Shown here: one piece after another, positions 54,189 through 64,000 of the stretch
Layout: each line of letters begins with the position of its first letter
Numbering within the stretch: the stretch's first letter is position 1
From: Tepidisphaera sp.
Lineage (GTDB): Bacteria > Planctomycetota > Phycisphaerae > Phycisphaerales > UBA1924
Length of the DNA stretch: 64,000 bases
Assembly (NCBI GenBank): GCA_050916045.1
Contig: CP051526.1
Location: 2,752,001-2,816,000 of the forward strand
Direction: 5' to 3'
Position numbers and translations under genes: made by a program
Notes under the pieces: generated by a model
Seen by the model: the letters and a program-made list of their open reading frames with translations, nothing else
What the model was told of the DNA's origin: nothing
Databases searched by the model: none

Positions 54189-57100
54189 ATGAACAAGTAT
54201 CCCTTGCGGCACATTTCGATTCGCGTTCCCTGGCACGATGCGGGTTGGGCGGGAGTGGTTTGTAGCGCGCCGCATCTCAACGGTGCGTGCGCCAAACTCA
54301 AGCGAGTCGCAGCAACGAAGAGAGACGATGTCGAAGTTCGCGTTGCGGGCAAGAGTCTTAACGAGTTGTCGCGAGAGCAGTGGCCGTGCTGTGTAGACGA
54401 ACGCGGCATGTTCATGGCCCCGTTTGAGCTTCAGACTGAGAAGCGGCACGCGTTGGCAAGCAAGAGCCCGAAGTACTTCGGGCACTTCAAGCCGACGCTC
54501 CAACGCTACCCGGCGTTTTCAGCGTCGGTTGTGCCGTTCTGGTGGATGCGCCGCGAGAATCTGGAGTCGCTCGGCACGCTCCATGAACTGGCTGTCGACG
54601 ACGCGCGAGAGCCTGTGATGGACAACGGGTACGAGTCCGACTGGGTGACCGAGGCGACCAACCAGACAGCGCTGCTCGATGGCTTCGCGGCTCACCTACG
54701 CCCCGATGACTCTCTCTGTCTGTTCTACGCCAAGCACGTGCCCTTCGTCGAAGGCACGGATCGAATCTTAATTGGAGTAGGCCGGGTGAAAGTGATCGGC
54801 GGGCTTACCGAGTATGACCGCTCAGCCGAAGGCATGCACGGCATGGTGTGGGAGCGGCCCGTTCAGCACTCAATTCGGCCTACCGGAAGAGACGGGTTCC
54901 TGATGCCCTACCTCGAACTGCTTCAGCGTGCAGAGGCGGACCCATCACTCGACCTGTCACCGTATGTAGCCCATGCCCCGTCTGAACACTGGAAGGAGTT
55001 TTCGTACGCAAGTGAGTTGGTGCCGAACGACGGCGCGATTGCCGCGCTGCTGTCAGTAGAAGCAGCGCTCGCTCGAACGGAGCAAGAGCTTGGCATCGCC
55101 ACCGAATGGCAACGTCAGTGGCTGCACGATGAGTTGGTACGTCTCTGGAAGGTTCGCGGCCCATGTCCCGGGTTAGGCGCTGTGCTTCGCGCCTTCGGGC
55201 TGACAAGAGGTCTTTTCGTGGGGCACGCTCTGCAACAGCGAGCGGGCGAGAACGCGGATCCGTGGCCCGAAGTAGACGCCGCGTTTGCGCAGCCCGGCAA
55301 GGTGCTTGCTCCAGAGCTTCAGCGCGACGTGAAGGAATTGTCCGCGACCTGGAAATCGCTGCCAGCTGAGCGCCGCAACTACTTGCGCCTGTTGAGCCGC
55401 TTCGAACTCACGGTGGAGCAAGCCCAGCACCTCTACGAGGCTGGGTCTCGTCAAAAGCGGGGATGGGCAGCCAGCGATGCTGAACTGTTGGCGAATCCTT
55501 ACCGAATCTATGAGTGCAGCAGGCACGATCCGGAGGGGGTTCAGCTACTGACGGTTGATCGCGGTGTGTTTCCAAACGACGCTGTTCGGCTGAAGCACCC
55601 TCTTGACGTCCCGTCGCATTGTGAGTCGCCTGTGGATGCGCGCCGGGTGCGAGCATTCACAATCGAAGCGCTCGAGGAGGCGGCCCAGTCTGGACACACG
55701 CTGCACTTCACGGACTCGCTGGTAGAGGCGGTGCGGACGAAGCCCGTGGACCCCAAGTGTCCCGTGACGGGCGACATCCTTGCCGCCAATGTCGGTGCTA
55801 TGGCACCGGAGGTGTTGGCGATTACCGGAGGAGATCAACTCGCTCTACAACTGGATAGATACCGCGTCTTCCGCGAACTGGCCGCAAGGCATGTGCTCGG
55901 TCGCGTAGGTGGCCAACGGCACACGCTTGCGCAAGACTGGCCGAAACTCTTGGCCGAGAAATTTGGGCCAGCGAGGGACGATCAGGAAGAGCGAAAGGCT
56001 CGAGAGGAGAAGGCGCAAGCCTTAGCGGAACTCGCTGAGTCGCGATTCAGTGTGCTCGCTGGTCCAGCAGGGGCTGGTAAGACATCCGTTCTGGGTATCT
56101 TGTGCGCGCAGCAGGAGATCCAGCAGCAGGGCCTGCTCTTGCTCGCTCCGACGGGGAAGGCCCGCGTGCGTATGCAGCAACTCGCGGGCGGCGCAGGCAC
56201 GAGCGCGCAGACGATCGCCCAGTTTCTCAACCAGAATGGACGCTACGACGGCCGGGCCGGTCGCTACCACTTGAGCGACAAGCCCAAGGTCAGCTGCTAT
56301 GGAACAGTAATCGTCGATGAAGCGTCCATGCTCACCGAGGACATGTTCGGTGCACTCCTCGATGCTCTGCAGGGCGTCAAGCGTCTCATCCTCGTCGGAG
56401 ATCCGGCTCAGTTGCCGCCGATCGGTGCCGGTCGTCCGTTTGTCGACATCATCGCGAAGCTCCGTCCTCACGACTGCGACTCGCGCTTCCCGAGAGTTGC
56501 ACATGGCTATGCTGAACTCACGATTGAGCGACGGCAGATCGGCACTGAAAGGCCTGATCTGCGTCTGGCAAGGTGGTTCAGCGCGACTGCTCCCGGCGCT
56601 GGAGAAGATGACGTGTTCGGCGCAGGGGAAAGTGAGCATGCGACGATCGCATTTGTCCAGTGGCAAAAGGCTGATGACTTCCAGGCAAAGCTGCTGGACG
56701 TGCTCGTTGCCGAGTTGAAGCTTCAAGATGCCTCTGACCAGCGCGGCTTCAACCGAGCACTCGGGGCAACCGACACGGGGCAGTACGACTATTTCAATGC
56801 TTCTCGGGGCGACAGTCTCGGTGCTGTGCGTGCCATCGAGTCATGGCAAATCCTGAGCCCTTTGCGTGGAGGCACCATCGGCGTCGGTGACGTAAACCGC
56901 CAGATCCACGAACGCTTCCGCGCCACCTTTCTTGATCTCGCGTCGCGGCAATGGAATCGCTCGATACCCAAGCCGATGGGTGCGGAGCGCATCGTCTACG
57001 GCGATAAAGTCATCAATCTCGGCAATCACCGCCGTGATGGCAACAAAGTCTGGCCGAGGGACGGCTCGCTCGGATACCTCGCCAACGGGGAAATCGGGAT

Positions 57101-57899
57101 CGCAGTTGGACTGTGGAAGACTAGGGGTAGCCCGAAGATCCTGAAGGTGGAGTTCTCTTCGCAGGTGGGATTCACGTATGACTTCTACGGCAGCGACTTC
57201 CGCGAAGAGGGAAGTGCGGCTCTCGAGTTGGCCTATGCGTTGACGGTGCACAAGGCTCAGGGCAGCCAGTTTGAGCTGGTGATTCTGGTGTTGCCCGAAG
57301 GACATCCGATTCTCTCTCGCGAACTGATCTACACAGCTCTAACTCGCCATCAACGGCGGGTAGTGGTGATGCACCAGGGGCCCAGGACGCTCCTCAAGGA
57401 CTTCGCGGCACCACACATGAGCGAGACCGCCCGACGTCGGACGAACCTGCTTTCCGATTGCCACATGATCATGGTTCCTCAGCCCAAAGGGAATTTGTTC
57501 TTGCAGGAAGGTCTGATCCACCGTACGAGCAAGGGAATCGCCGTGCGGTCCAAGTCTGAGCTTCTCATCGCCGAGGCGCTGCACTCGGAGAACGTCGCCT
57601 TTGAGTACGAGAAGCCACTCACTCTGGGCAGCTCTACTCGGTACCCCGACTTCACGATTGAGGACGACATTTCCGGGCTCACCGTCTATTGGGAGCATCT
57701 CGGCATGCTCGACCGCCCAGACTACCGCGCCAGCTGGGAGAGGAAGCTCGCTTGGTATCGAGGCCACGGCGTGTTGCCCATAGCTGACTCCAAACCTGGA
57801 AGACCTGTCCTGATCACCACACAGGATTCCGCAGGGACCGGCCTCGACATGGCAGTCGTGAAGAAGCTTGTTGCCACCGTGCTGCGAGGTGGGGTGTGA
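54189..57899 (+). CDS. RecD2-like SF1B helicase with large N-terminal domain and C-terminal PD-(D/E)xK-like nuclease
   Basis: GPAGAGKT, APTGKA, VDEASM, VGDPAQLPP, AYALTVHKAQGSQF, YTALTR; C-terminal RSKSE...YPDFTI...YWEHLG; ATG 54189. Confidence 0.87.
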   Translation: MNKYPLRHISIRVPWHDAGWAGVVCSAPHLNGACAKLKRVAATKRDDVEVRVAGKSLNELSREQWPCCVDERGMFMAPFELQTEKRHALASKSPKYFGHFKPTLQRYPAFSASVVPFWWMRRENLESLGTLHELAVDDAREPVMDNGYESDWVTEATNQTALLDGFAAHLRPDDSLCLFYAKHVPFVEGTDRILIGVGRVKVIGGLTEYDRSAEGMHGMVWERPVQHSIRPTGRDGFLMPYLELLQRAEADPSLDLSPYVAHAPSEHWKEFSYASELVPNDGAIAALLSVEAALARTEQELGIATEWQRQWLHDELVRLWKVRGPCPGLGAVLRAFGLTRGLFVGHALQQRAGENADPWPEVDAAFAQPGKVLAPELQRDVKELSATWKSLPAERRNYLRLLSRFELTVEQAQHLYEAGSRQKRGWAASDAELLANPYRIYECSRHDPEGVQLLTVDRGVFPNDAVRLKHPLDVPSHCESPVDARRVRAFTIEALEEAAQSGHTLHFTDSLVEAVRTKPVDPKCPVTGDILAANVGAMAPEVLAITGGDQLALQLDRYRVFRELAARHVLGRVGGQRHTLAQDWPKLLAEKFGPARDDQEERKAREEKAQALAELAESRFSVLAGPAGAGKTSVLGILCAQQEIQQQGLLLLAPTGKARVRMQQLAGGAGTSAQTIAQFLNQNGRYDGRAGRYHLSDKPKVSCYGTVIVDEASMLTEDMFGALLDALQGVKRLILVGDPAQLPPIGAGRPFVDIIAKLRPHDCDSRFPRVAHGYAELTIERRQIGTERPDLRLARWFSATAPGAGEDDVFGAGESEHATIAFVQWQKADDFQAKLLDVLVAELKLQDASDQRGFNRALGATDTGQYDYFNASRGDSLGAVRAIESWQILSPLRGGTIGVGDVNRQIHERFRATFLDLASRQWNRSIPKPMGAERIVYGDKVINLGNHRRDGNKVWPRDGSLGYLANGEIGIAVGLWKTRGSPKILKVEFSSQVGFTYDFYGSDFREEGSAALELAYALTVHKAQGSQFELVILVLPEGHPILSRELIYTALTRHQRRVVVMHQGPRTLLKDFAAPHMSETARRRTNLLSDCHMIMVPQPKGNLFLQEGLIHRTSKGIAVRSKSELLIAEALHSENVAFEYEKPLTLGSSTRYPDFTIEDDISGLTVYWEHLGMLDRPDYRASWERKLAWYRGHGVLPIADSKPGRPVLITTQDSAGTGLDMAVVKKLVATVLRGGV

Positions 57900-58089
57900 C
57901 AAATGATGGGGTAGCCCTGGCGGGTTGTTCTCGAACCGGGCAACCGACGTGGATTGGTTCATCTGTCTAAATGAGACCGTCAGTTTGCAGGCGGGGCTGC
58001 TTTTGTGCTCGTTGGAGAAGCGACGCTGCATTCTCCGCCCCGAGTCATCGCAGGTCCGAGGCTTGCACGCGAGCGAAGAAACGCACCCT

Positions 58090-58788
58090 TCATGGCTCGT
58101 GCAGGCCAAATGGCTCCAAGTGCGCCCGCAACGCGTCCAGATCCCGGAAAACGCGGCGACGGGAACGCCCGGTCTTGCGTGCCACTGCAGCAACCGTCTC
58201 CCCTTTGGCAAGCTCGTCAACCAGCGGAAGGAGGTGTTCAGGCACGGCTTGTATCGCGTCCGCGATATCCACACGCACGTCAATCACCTGACGCTCTTCG
58301 GGGCGAACGACGCCCAGCCTCCGCCAACTGGTAGCAGGCGTGAGGTGATCGTTGAGGGGCTGATCGTCATTGGTGCTCGCGTCGAGTGAGAACGTCAGCT
58401 TTCGCCCCCCTCTCTTTATCGAGCGGCGTTCGCGGAGCAGCAAAGCGACAGCAGTCGTAATCAGCATGGAAATGAACGCCTCCGGTATCCCACGGCTCCG
58501 GTCATGCGCGTGAAGTCGCTCGATCACGTACAGCAGTAGTTGCTGTTTGATGTCGTCCTGATCCGTTACCTTCAGGCCGGCCTTTCCGACAAGCTGGCGC
58601 GCTTTGATTGATGCAAGCGACTCGGCAAACGGGCGCACGGCAGCCCATTGCCGAGCGTCGAATGGCTGCTTCGCGGCTTCTTGATCGGGGCTCCGCCGGC
58701 GGCGACCATCTCTGTTGGTGCTTCGGGCGGAACCGGAAATGGCGGAGTGCGGGTTGTTCGAAACGATGGGTAGGTGGTGGTTTCTCAT
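58090..58788 (-). CDS. ECF/sigma-70-like factor, paralog of the prophage sigma
   Basis: DQDDIKQQL...HDRSRG..EAFI and C-terminal ETVAAVARKTGRSRRRV HTH; aligns by eye with 14106..14702. Confidence 0.7.
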   Translation of the reverse strand: MRNHHLPIVSNNPHSAISGSARSTNRDGRRRRSPDQEAAKQPFDARQWAAVRPFAESLASIKARQLVGKAGLKVTDQDDIKQQLLLYVIERLHAHDRSRGIPEAFISMLITTAVALLLRERRSIKRGGRKLTFSLDASTNDDQPLNDHLTPATSWRRLGVVRPEERQVIDVRVDIADAIQAVPEHLLPLVDELAKGETVAAVARKTGRSRRRVFRDLDALRAHLEPFGLHEP

Positions 58789-59283
58789 GCCGAAGCGTGT
58801 CGCCTCGGCTCCCGCCAGAGCTGATCCGGCTCGACCGCGATCCAGATCACCGGATCACGCGGGAGACTGGCAGCCACCGTTCAATCTCCGAACAGGGAGG
58901 CTGTTAACCAGAGAACGGCAGTCAGAAACCCGCGTGGCGCGTAGGATTCTGGCCTTTGAACTCGTTCCGATCGGGGAGTTTCCTTCCGACCCCGCCTCAC
59001 GGCGGGGTCGTTTGGTTTACAGGCCGCCCATTTTGCCCGTCGCGGCGAGGTGGCCAGCAACCCCGCAGAATCCGGGCAGTTTGGCGATTTGACCCCCGGG
59101 CGGCTGCGCTCTCGGTTCGAGGCCGTTTCAGAGGGTCGAAGTCCGGACACCATGCGTCTCGGGATCGGTGCGTCAAACACCTCTCTCGCTCTCGCGTTCT
59201 CTGGTGGACGGTGCGGGGCGGGTTAACGGGCGGGGGCGCAAGCCAACGCCGCGTTGAGCCGGATCTCCCATACCCTACACCTG

Positions 59284-61413
59284 ATGTCCGCAGGCAAGCC
59301 GCCCGAATCCGGTCAGAGCCTGTATGCCGCGCGTCGGTATGCGGAGGCGCTTCCACTGTTGATGGCTGCCGCACGGGCAGCACCAGCTGATCAGTCGTTG
59401 TGGCAAAAGGCCATTCTCGCGGCCAGCTGGACCGGAGCGCATGCACAGGCAGCCGACCTAGCTCAGCAGGCGCTGCTCCATCACCCGCAATCGGACTGGA
59501 CGTGGCGACAGCTGGGTAGCGAACTGACGGCCGTTGATCGACTGCCGGAAGCCGCGGAGGCTCTTCGGCAGGCCAAACGTTTCAACCCCGAGGCCCCTTT
59601 CCTTTGGCGGTACATGGCCGCGCTCTGCCGTAAGCAGGAGGACCTTGAAGGAGAGATTCGCGCGCTTACGCACTTGGTTGCGCTGGAGGAAGCAGACTCG
59701 AACGACCTGAATCAGCTTGGCATCGCGCACCACAACCACAGGAACATGGCGCGTGCATTAGTGTTCTACCGGTTTGCTGCAGCGATCGACACAAACCCAT
59801 CGGCCCTCTTCAACATGGGCCTCGTATTTAATGACCCCGAGGTTTCGCAGGATGCCGATGCCGCCGATGCCTATCGGCGGGTCCTGTCGATCGATCCGAG
59901 CCATAAGCGTGCTCCTGAACGCCTCGAAGCCACCAAGCGAAAACTAGTGCCACTCGCCACGGCAGCACGCCCGCTCGCCACGAGCCTTCTTCAGCCTGGC
60001 GAGCTGTTTCGCTTCTACGTCAACCCGTTCGAGCTACTCCAACTGAGCCCCCCCGATGCTAATGGCGACATGGACATCAAGGCAGTCCAGCGAGCCAAGA
60101 AACGACTGCTTCAGGAGATTGAGCTCAACGATGGCGTTGTAAGCTGGCTTGACAATTGTCACATCGACCGATCGCGTGCTCTCGAAGCCGAAGATGCGAT
60201 TCACGACGTGACACTTCGGGAGTACCACTGCGAAGTGTTCGCGAATGCCCCACTGCTCCGTTTCTTGACTCGCGGCGACATCGATCATTTCCTCTACTCG
60301 GACGCCTATTTCCCCGACCGCACACTCGAACGCACTGAAGAAGACGAGGGTTTCCTCGGCTTCCTCAGCGAACCATTCTCCAGGCAGTACAACCTGTTAC
60401 TCACGCGAGCCATCGAGCGAAAGCTGCTGCCGGTCGTCGAGGCTCTCTTTGACGGCAGACGATGGGTTCGGCCAGAAGATGAGGATGCTTGTTTCGAGGG
60501 TGCCTTCAAGCGTGTCGGGACGCTGGTCGACCTGATGCGACAAAAAGCAGATGAGGGAGCTACGACACGCGTCGAACTTCCGGAGGTACTGGCGTTGTTC
60601 AAGCAACACAGCATCCCCGAACTGTTCAACCTTCTACCAACTCCGTTCGCGTCGGCTCAGCGCGATCTGGTGTCTTCGATTCGGTCTCTTGCGATCGCCT
60701 GCTTCAATGACCACGGCGACTCGGAGCTCTCGAAGAGCGTGCTCGCACTCTGCAACCGATTCACATTTCGAAGCGTCGAGCTAACCGCCCGCCTCAAGGA
60801 AGACTACAAGACCATTGAGCGGTTGATCGCTGAGGAGCGGCAACACGAGTCGCGCCTGCAGTTCGGTGCGAATAGACCAGTAGCCATCACGAAGGAGGGC
60901 ATACGTGACGGCGCTACGTTCCTCCCGGCCGAAAGTGTTGCCGCAGTTCGCTGGGGAGCAACCATTACGAGAGGCGCAGGTGCGGATGTGTATGATTTCC
61001 TCCTCTCGGCGAGGGACGGCGCTGGGAAGTCCATCACGGTGACATGGCGATCACAAGGCGCTAGTGCTACGGAGCAAAGCGAGCACTTTTCGTCGATGAT
61101 CAGGGCCACATTGAGCTATCTTGCCGAAGACCTGATTGCTCGTCTCCGCGCACGCATTCTTTCGGGGCCACCTGTCGCGATCGGTGCCTGCACTTTGGAC
61201 CGGAATGGTGTGGCATTCCAAACCCAAGGGTTCATATTCAAAAAGGATCGCCATCTCCGGTGGGCTGACGTTGTTGCGGAGACTCGGAACGGAGACATCG
61301 TCGTGCGAAGCCGGTCACAAGAGGGCGTGGCGTGTACCCTGCCCATGCGTGACACCGATAATGCGGTCCTCTTGCCGTTTCTGACTTCCCTAATGACGCA
61401 GCGCTCGGACTAA
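59284..61413 (+). CDS. TPR-repeat protein with internal J-domain-like segment
   Basis: Repeated TPR helices (WRQLGSEL...EAAEALRQA; LNQLGIAH...ALVFYRFA; LFNMGLVF); internal NPFELLQL...DIKAVQRAKKRLL; start could be 59254. Confidence 0.8.
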   Translation: MSAGKPPESGQSLYAARRYAEALPLLMAAARAAPADQSLWQKAILAASWTGAHAQAADLAQQALLHHPQSDWTWRQLGSELTAVDRLPEAAEALRQAKRFNPEAPFLWRYMAALCRKQEDLEGEIRALTHLVALEEADSNDLNQLGIAHHNHRNMARALVFYRFAAAIDTNPSALFNMGLVFNDPEVSQDADAADAYRRVLSIDPSHKRAPERLEATKRKLVPLATAARPLATSLLQPGELFRFYVNPFELLQLSPPDANGDMDIKAVQRAKKRLLQEIELNDGVVSWLDNCHIDRSRALEAEDAIHDVTLREYHCEVFANAPLLRFLTRGDIDHFLYSDAYFPDRTLERTEEDEGFLGFLSEPFSRQYNLLLTRAIERKLLPVVEALFDGRRWVRPEDEDACFEGAFKRVGTLVDLMRQKADEGATTRVELPEVLALFKQHSIPELFNLLPTPFASAQRDLVSSIRSLAIACFNDHGDSELSKSVLALCNRFTFRSVELTARLKEDYKTIERLIAEERQHESRLQFGANRPVAITKEGIRDGATFLPAESVAAVRWGATITRGAGADVYDFLLSARDGAGKSITVTWRSQGASATEQSEHFSSMIRATLSYLAEDLIARLRARILSGPPVAIGACTLDRNGVAFQTQGFIFKKDRHLRWADVVAETRNGDIVVRSRSQEGVACTLPMRDTDNAVLLPFLTSLMTQRSD

Positions 61414-61432
61414 CGACCCGGAACATCCCTCT

Positions 61433-61828
61433 ATGGACATGCGAATCCAAGTACCCAAATGCATCCTCACTGCGCTCAACCAGCTTTACGACATGGAGCG
61501 GAAACTCGTGAAGTCAGGTGATGCTGCAAACATCACGCGGAACGTGGATAAGATTCGGGCTGCTTTCGCGGAAGAGGGCCTGACGGCGGCCGACATCAGT
61601 GGTGGGGTCACCGCCATACGGTTGGTCTACGAGGACCCCATGGGCCAGTCATTCAAGGAAACCCGTACGGACCTTGAAGCGTCAATCTCCGGCGCTGGCA
61701 CGAGCGATCTGGTAGTCGTTGAAGTCATCAAGCCCATCATCCGCGCCGTACTACGGGACGGTGCCGGAGAGTTTTCCAAAGTCGTCCAGAAGGGCATCGT
61801 CGTGGTCGAATCGCGGAAGGAGTGCTAA
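61433..61828 (+). CDS. Short GrpE-like protein
   Basis: DPMGQSF...VVEVIKPII...VQKGIVVV resembles the GrpE C-terminal beta domain; directly upstream of Hsp70. Confidence 0.6.
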   Translation: MDMRIQVPKCILTALNQLYDMERKLVKSGDAANITRNVDKIRAAFAEEGLTAADISGGVTAIRLVYEDPMGQSFKETRTDLEASISGAGTSDLVVVEVIKPIIRAVLRDGAGEFSKVVQKGIVVVESRKEC

Positions 61829-61831
61829 TCA

Positions 61832-64000
61832 ATGGGGTCCATGATCAACTTCGGAATCGACCTGGGGACGACCAACTCGCTTATGGCGCGGTTCAACAAG
61901 GGTGAGGTTGAAATCTTCAAGAATCCAAACGGATTCAAAGAGACACTTCCGTCAATCGTCGGTTTCCGAAATGATCGCATTTTGGTGGGAGAGCAGGCAC
62001 GGACCTTTGCCGAGAAGGACCCGAAAAGTGTGGTGAGCCAGTTCAAGCGGAAGATGGGGACGACCGAGACCTTCAAGATCAAGTCCACAGGTCAATCCAA
62101 GACGCCGATCGAGCTCTCGGCGTTCGTGCTCAAAGAACTCAAGACTTTCGTTCACACGGGCGAGGTCCCGGATGCCGTAGTGCTCACCATCCCCGCGTCG
62201 TTCGACATGCTTCAGTCGAACGCCACGAAGGAGGCGGGCTACTCGGCAGGGTTCAAGCAAGTCGTGCTTCTCCAGGAGCCTATCGCCGCCAGCCTGGCCT
62301 ATGCGAACAAGGAAAAGGGGATCGATCTCAAGAACAGCCAGTGGATTGTGTATGACCTCGGAGGGGGCACATTCGACGTGGCGCTTGTCAAGATCGTTCA
62401 AGGCGAACTGAAAGTGGTCGACCATGAGGGTGACAACTATCTTGGCGGCGCGGATTTTGATGCGTTGATCGTTGAACAGATTGTTGTACCTGCGCTCGAG
62501 AAGCGGGGTCAGTTCAAGGACTTGCTGTCGCAAATGCGGAGTGAGTCGGGGAGGTACAACCGGCTGTGGTATCGGCTTCTCCACCTTGCCGAGCAAGCGA
62601 AGATCGAACTGTCAGCCAGGTCCTGCGCCGAGATTGAGGTCACAGTGGAGGACGACTCTGGCACGACCGTCGAAGCTATCCTTCCCATCTCTCGCTCTGA
62701 GTTTGAGTCCATCATTAAGGATTCCGTCGACCGGACAGCAGAAATGCTGAGGAAGATCCTCACCCGGAACTCGCTGCGGCCGCAGGATTTGAAGTTTGTC
62801 CTCATGGTCGGCGGCTCCACATATTCTCCGTACGTGCGACAGAGAATCGAGGAGCTTCTCGGCATCCCGGTGAACACCGGCATTGACCCGACAAACGCCA
62901 TCGCGGTGGGCGCTGCGTACTTCGCAGCCACGCGAGAGGTGAATCTTCAGCAGGGGTCTAAGCCGATTGCACCTGGTGCGATTCGGATTAAAGTGGCTTA
63001 CAACCGGGCATCGCAAGAGGCCGAGGAGATGTTCTCAGCGAAGATCGAGGGGAGCACGGAGGGGCTCTTCTACAGGATTGTCCGTGGCGACGGCGGCTAC
63101 GACAGTGGGCTGAAGGACCTGGCGGTTCGAATCGTGGAAGACCTCCCTCTTCAGGCTGACGCTTACAACGTGTTCTCGCTGAAGATCCTGGATCGGCAAA
63201 ACAACGTTGTGCCGGCAGACGTCGACACGATTCAGATCGCTCAGGGAAAGTACAGCGTCGCCGGACAGCTACTTCCCGAGGATCTCGCGCTTGTGAAAGA
63301 TGACATGGCCGGTGACACGAAGCTGGAGGCGATCTTCGCGAAGAACACCGTGCTGCCTGCACGTGCCAAGAAGACGGTCGAGGTGAGTAAGACGATCGTG
63401 CACGGCTCAGACGACCACATTCAGATCATCGTCGTGGAGGGACCGTCCGACAATCACTTTACCGCGAACAAGCGCATCGGATACTTGGTCATTTCAGGAA
63501 AGGGCCTGAAGCGAGACGTGATGCGCGGTACTGAGATCGATCTGACGTTCGAGGTCTCCGAGTCCCGAGATCTCACTGTTCAGGCCTTTGTAAACCCTTC
63601 CGGCCCGGAATTCTCGCAGGTGTTCACGCCGACACGACGGGATGTACCCGCAGCCACGCTGGCCGATGAAGTGAGGATGCTCGGCACCCGCCTGGAGGAA
63701 GAGAAGGCTGAAGCGCTTGCTAGCGAGAGATTCGAGGTCGTTGACCACCTCGATAGGCTCTTGGCACCGCTTAAGGAACTGCATGTGGAGTCCGGGCTGC
63801 TGGCGGCAGATGACGTAACCGACTCCCGTTACAAGCTCGAAGATCGCAAGCGGAAGATTGCTCAAGAGATGAATGGACTAATCGCGGGCAAGAGGGTCGA
63901 GCGCTTGCGCGGCGAGTATCGAGAGACCAAGGACCGCGTCGCGGCGCTCGTTGCCGAAAGCGGGAACGATCAGGAGCGGCGCCAGCTGCAAGAGGTGGCT
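61832..64000 (+). CDS. Hsp70-family protein (specialised DnaK paralog), 3' end outside window
   Basis: Read by hand, not in the ORF track: GIDLGTTNS, TIPASFD, QEPIAA, YDLGGGTFD, LGGADFD, VGGST; AAGGAG RBS; frame open at the window end. Confidence 0.92.
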   Translation, partial: MGSMINFGIDLGTTNSLMARFNKGEVEIFKNPNGFKETLPSIVGFRNDRILVGEQARTFAEKDPKSVVSQFKRKMGTTETFKIKSTGQSKTPIELSAFVLKELKTFVHTGEVPDAVVLTIPASFDMLQSNATKEAGYSAGFKQVVLLQEPIAASLAYANKEKGIDLKNSQWIVYDLGGGTFDVALVKIVQGELKVVDHEGDNYLGGADFDALIVEQIVVPALEKRGQFKDLLSQMRSESGRYNRLWYRLLHLAEQAKIELSARSCAEIEVTVEDDSGTTVEAILPISRSEFESIIKDSVDRTAEMLRKILTRNSLRPQDLKFVLMVGGSTYSPYVRQRIEELLGIPVNTGIDPTNAIAVGAAYFAATREVNLQQGSKPIAPGAIRIKVAYNRASQEAEEMFSAKIEGSTEGLFYRIVRGDGGYDSGLKDLAVRIVEDLPLQADAYNVFSLKILDRQNNVVPADVDTIQIAQGKYSVAGQLLPEDLALVKDDMAGDTKLEAIFAKNTVLPARAKKTVEVSKTIVHGSDDHIQIIVVEGPSDNHFTANKRIGYLVISGKGLKRDVMRGTEIDLTFEVSESRDLTVQAFVNPSGPEFSQVFTPTRRDVPAATLADEVRMLGTRLEEEKAEALASERFEVVDHLDRLLAPLKELHVESGLLAADDVTDSRYKLEDRKRKIAQEMNGLIAGKRVERLRGEYRETKDRVAALVAESGNDQERRQLQEVA

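Noticed and set aside
57900..59250. Right attachment site, tRNA or ncRNA around the orphan sigma gene
   Set aside because: No cloverleaf and no repeat matching the left end of the element could be found by eye.
61832..64000. Housekeeping dnaK
   Set aside because: It diverges after the ATPase domain, exceeds 720 aa without ending, and lacks canonical grpE/dnaJ neighbours in view.

Overview
High-GC bacterial DNA made almost entirely of accessory genes; the gene set resembles Planctomycetota-type prophages, but that taxonomy is inference only. (1) 1-8763: a minus-strand defence-like operon (DUF4258-like small protein, TerY-type vWA, PP2C phosphatase, Ser/Thr kinase, UPF1/DNA2-like SF1 helicase and a truncated downstream gene), divergent from a sigma-54 enhancer-binding protein with a CARF/RtcR-like N-terminus. 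(2) About 8780-43950: an apparently intact siphovirus-like prophage with DUF2924 plus a large serine recombinase, its own ECF-like sigma factor, replication genes, a ParB-DNA methyltransferase, gpA-type terminase, lambda-type portal, protease-capsid fusion and tail genes. Where tail-fibre and lysis genes are expected, it carries a SAM methyltransferase, three glycosyltransferases and a Ser/Gly-rich protein split by a Hint (intein-like) domain. This candidate virion glycosylation/autoprocessing module is the most unusual system in the window. A bipartite motif GCGCGACA-N11-TCGTGCACATATAG precedes three phage operons. (3) 43958-57899: defence cargo (SNF2 helicase, DUF4391, type III R-M Mod/Res, GIY-YIG/DUF4357 protein, RecD2-like helicase-nuclease). 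(4) 58090-64000: a second phage-type sigma paralog, then a TPR/J-like protein, a GrpE-like protein and a specialised Hsp70 that runs off the window. No rRNA, tRNA or CRISPR array was seen. All family assignments come from motif recognition by eye, not database searches.
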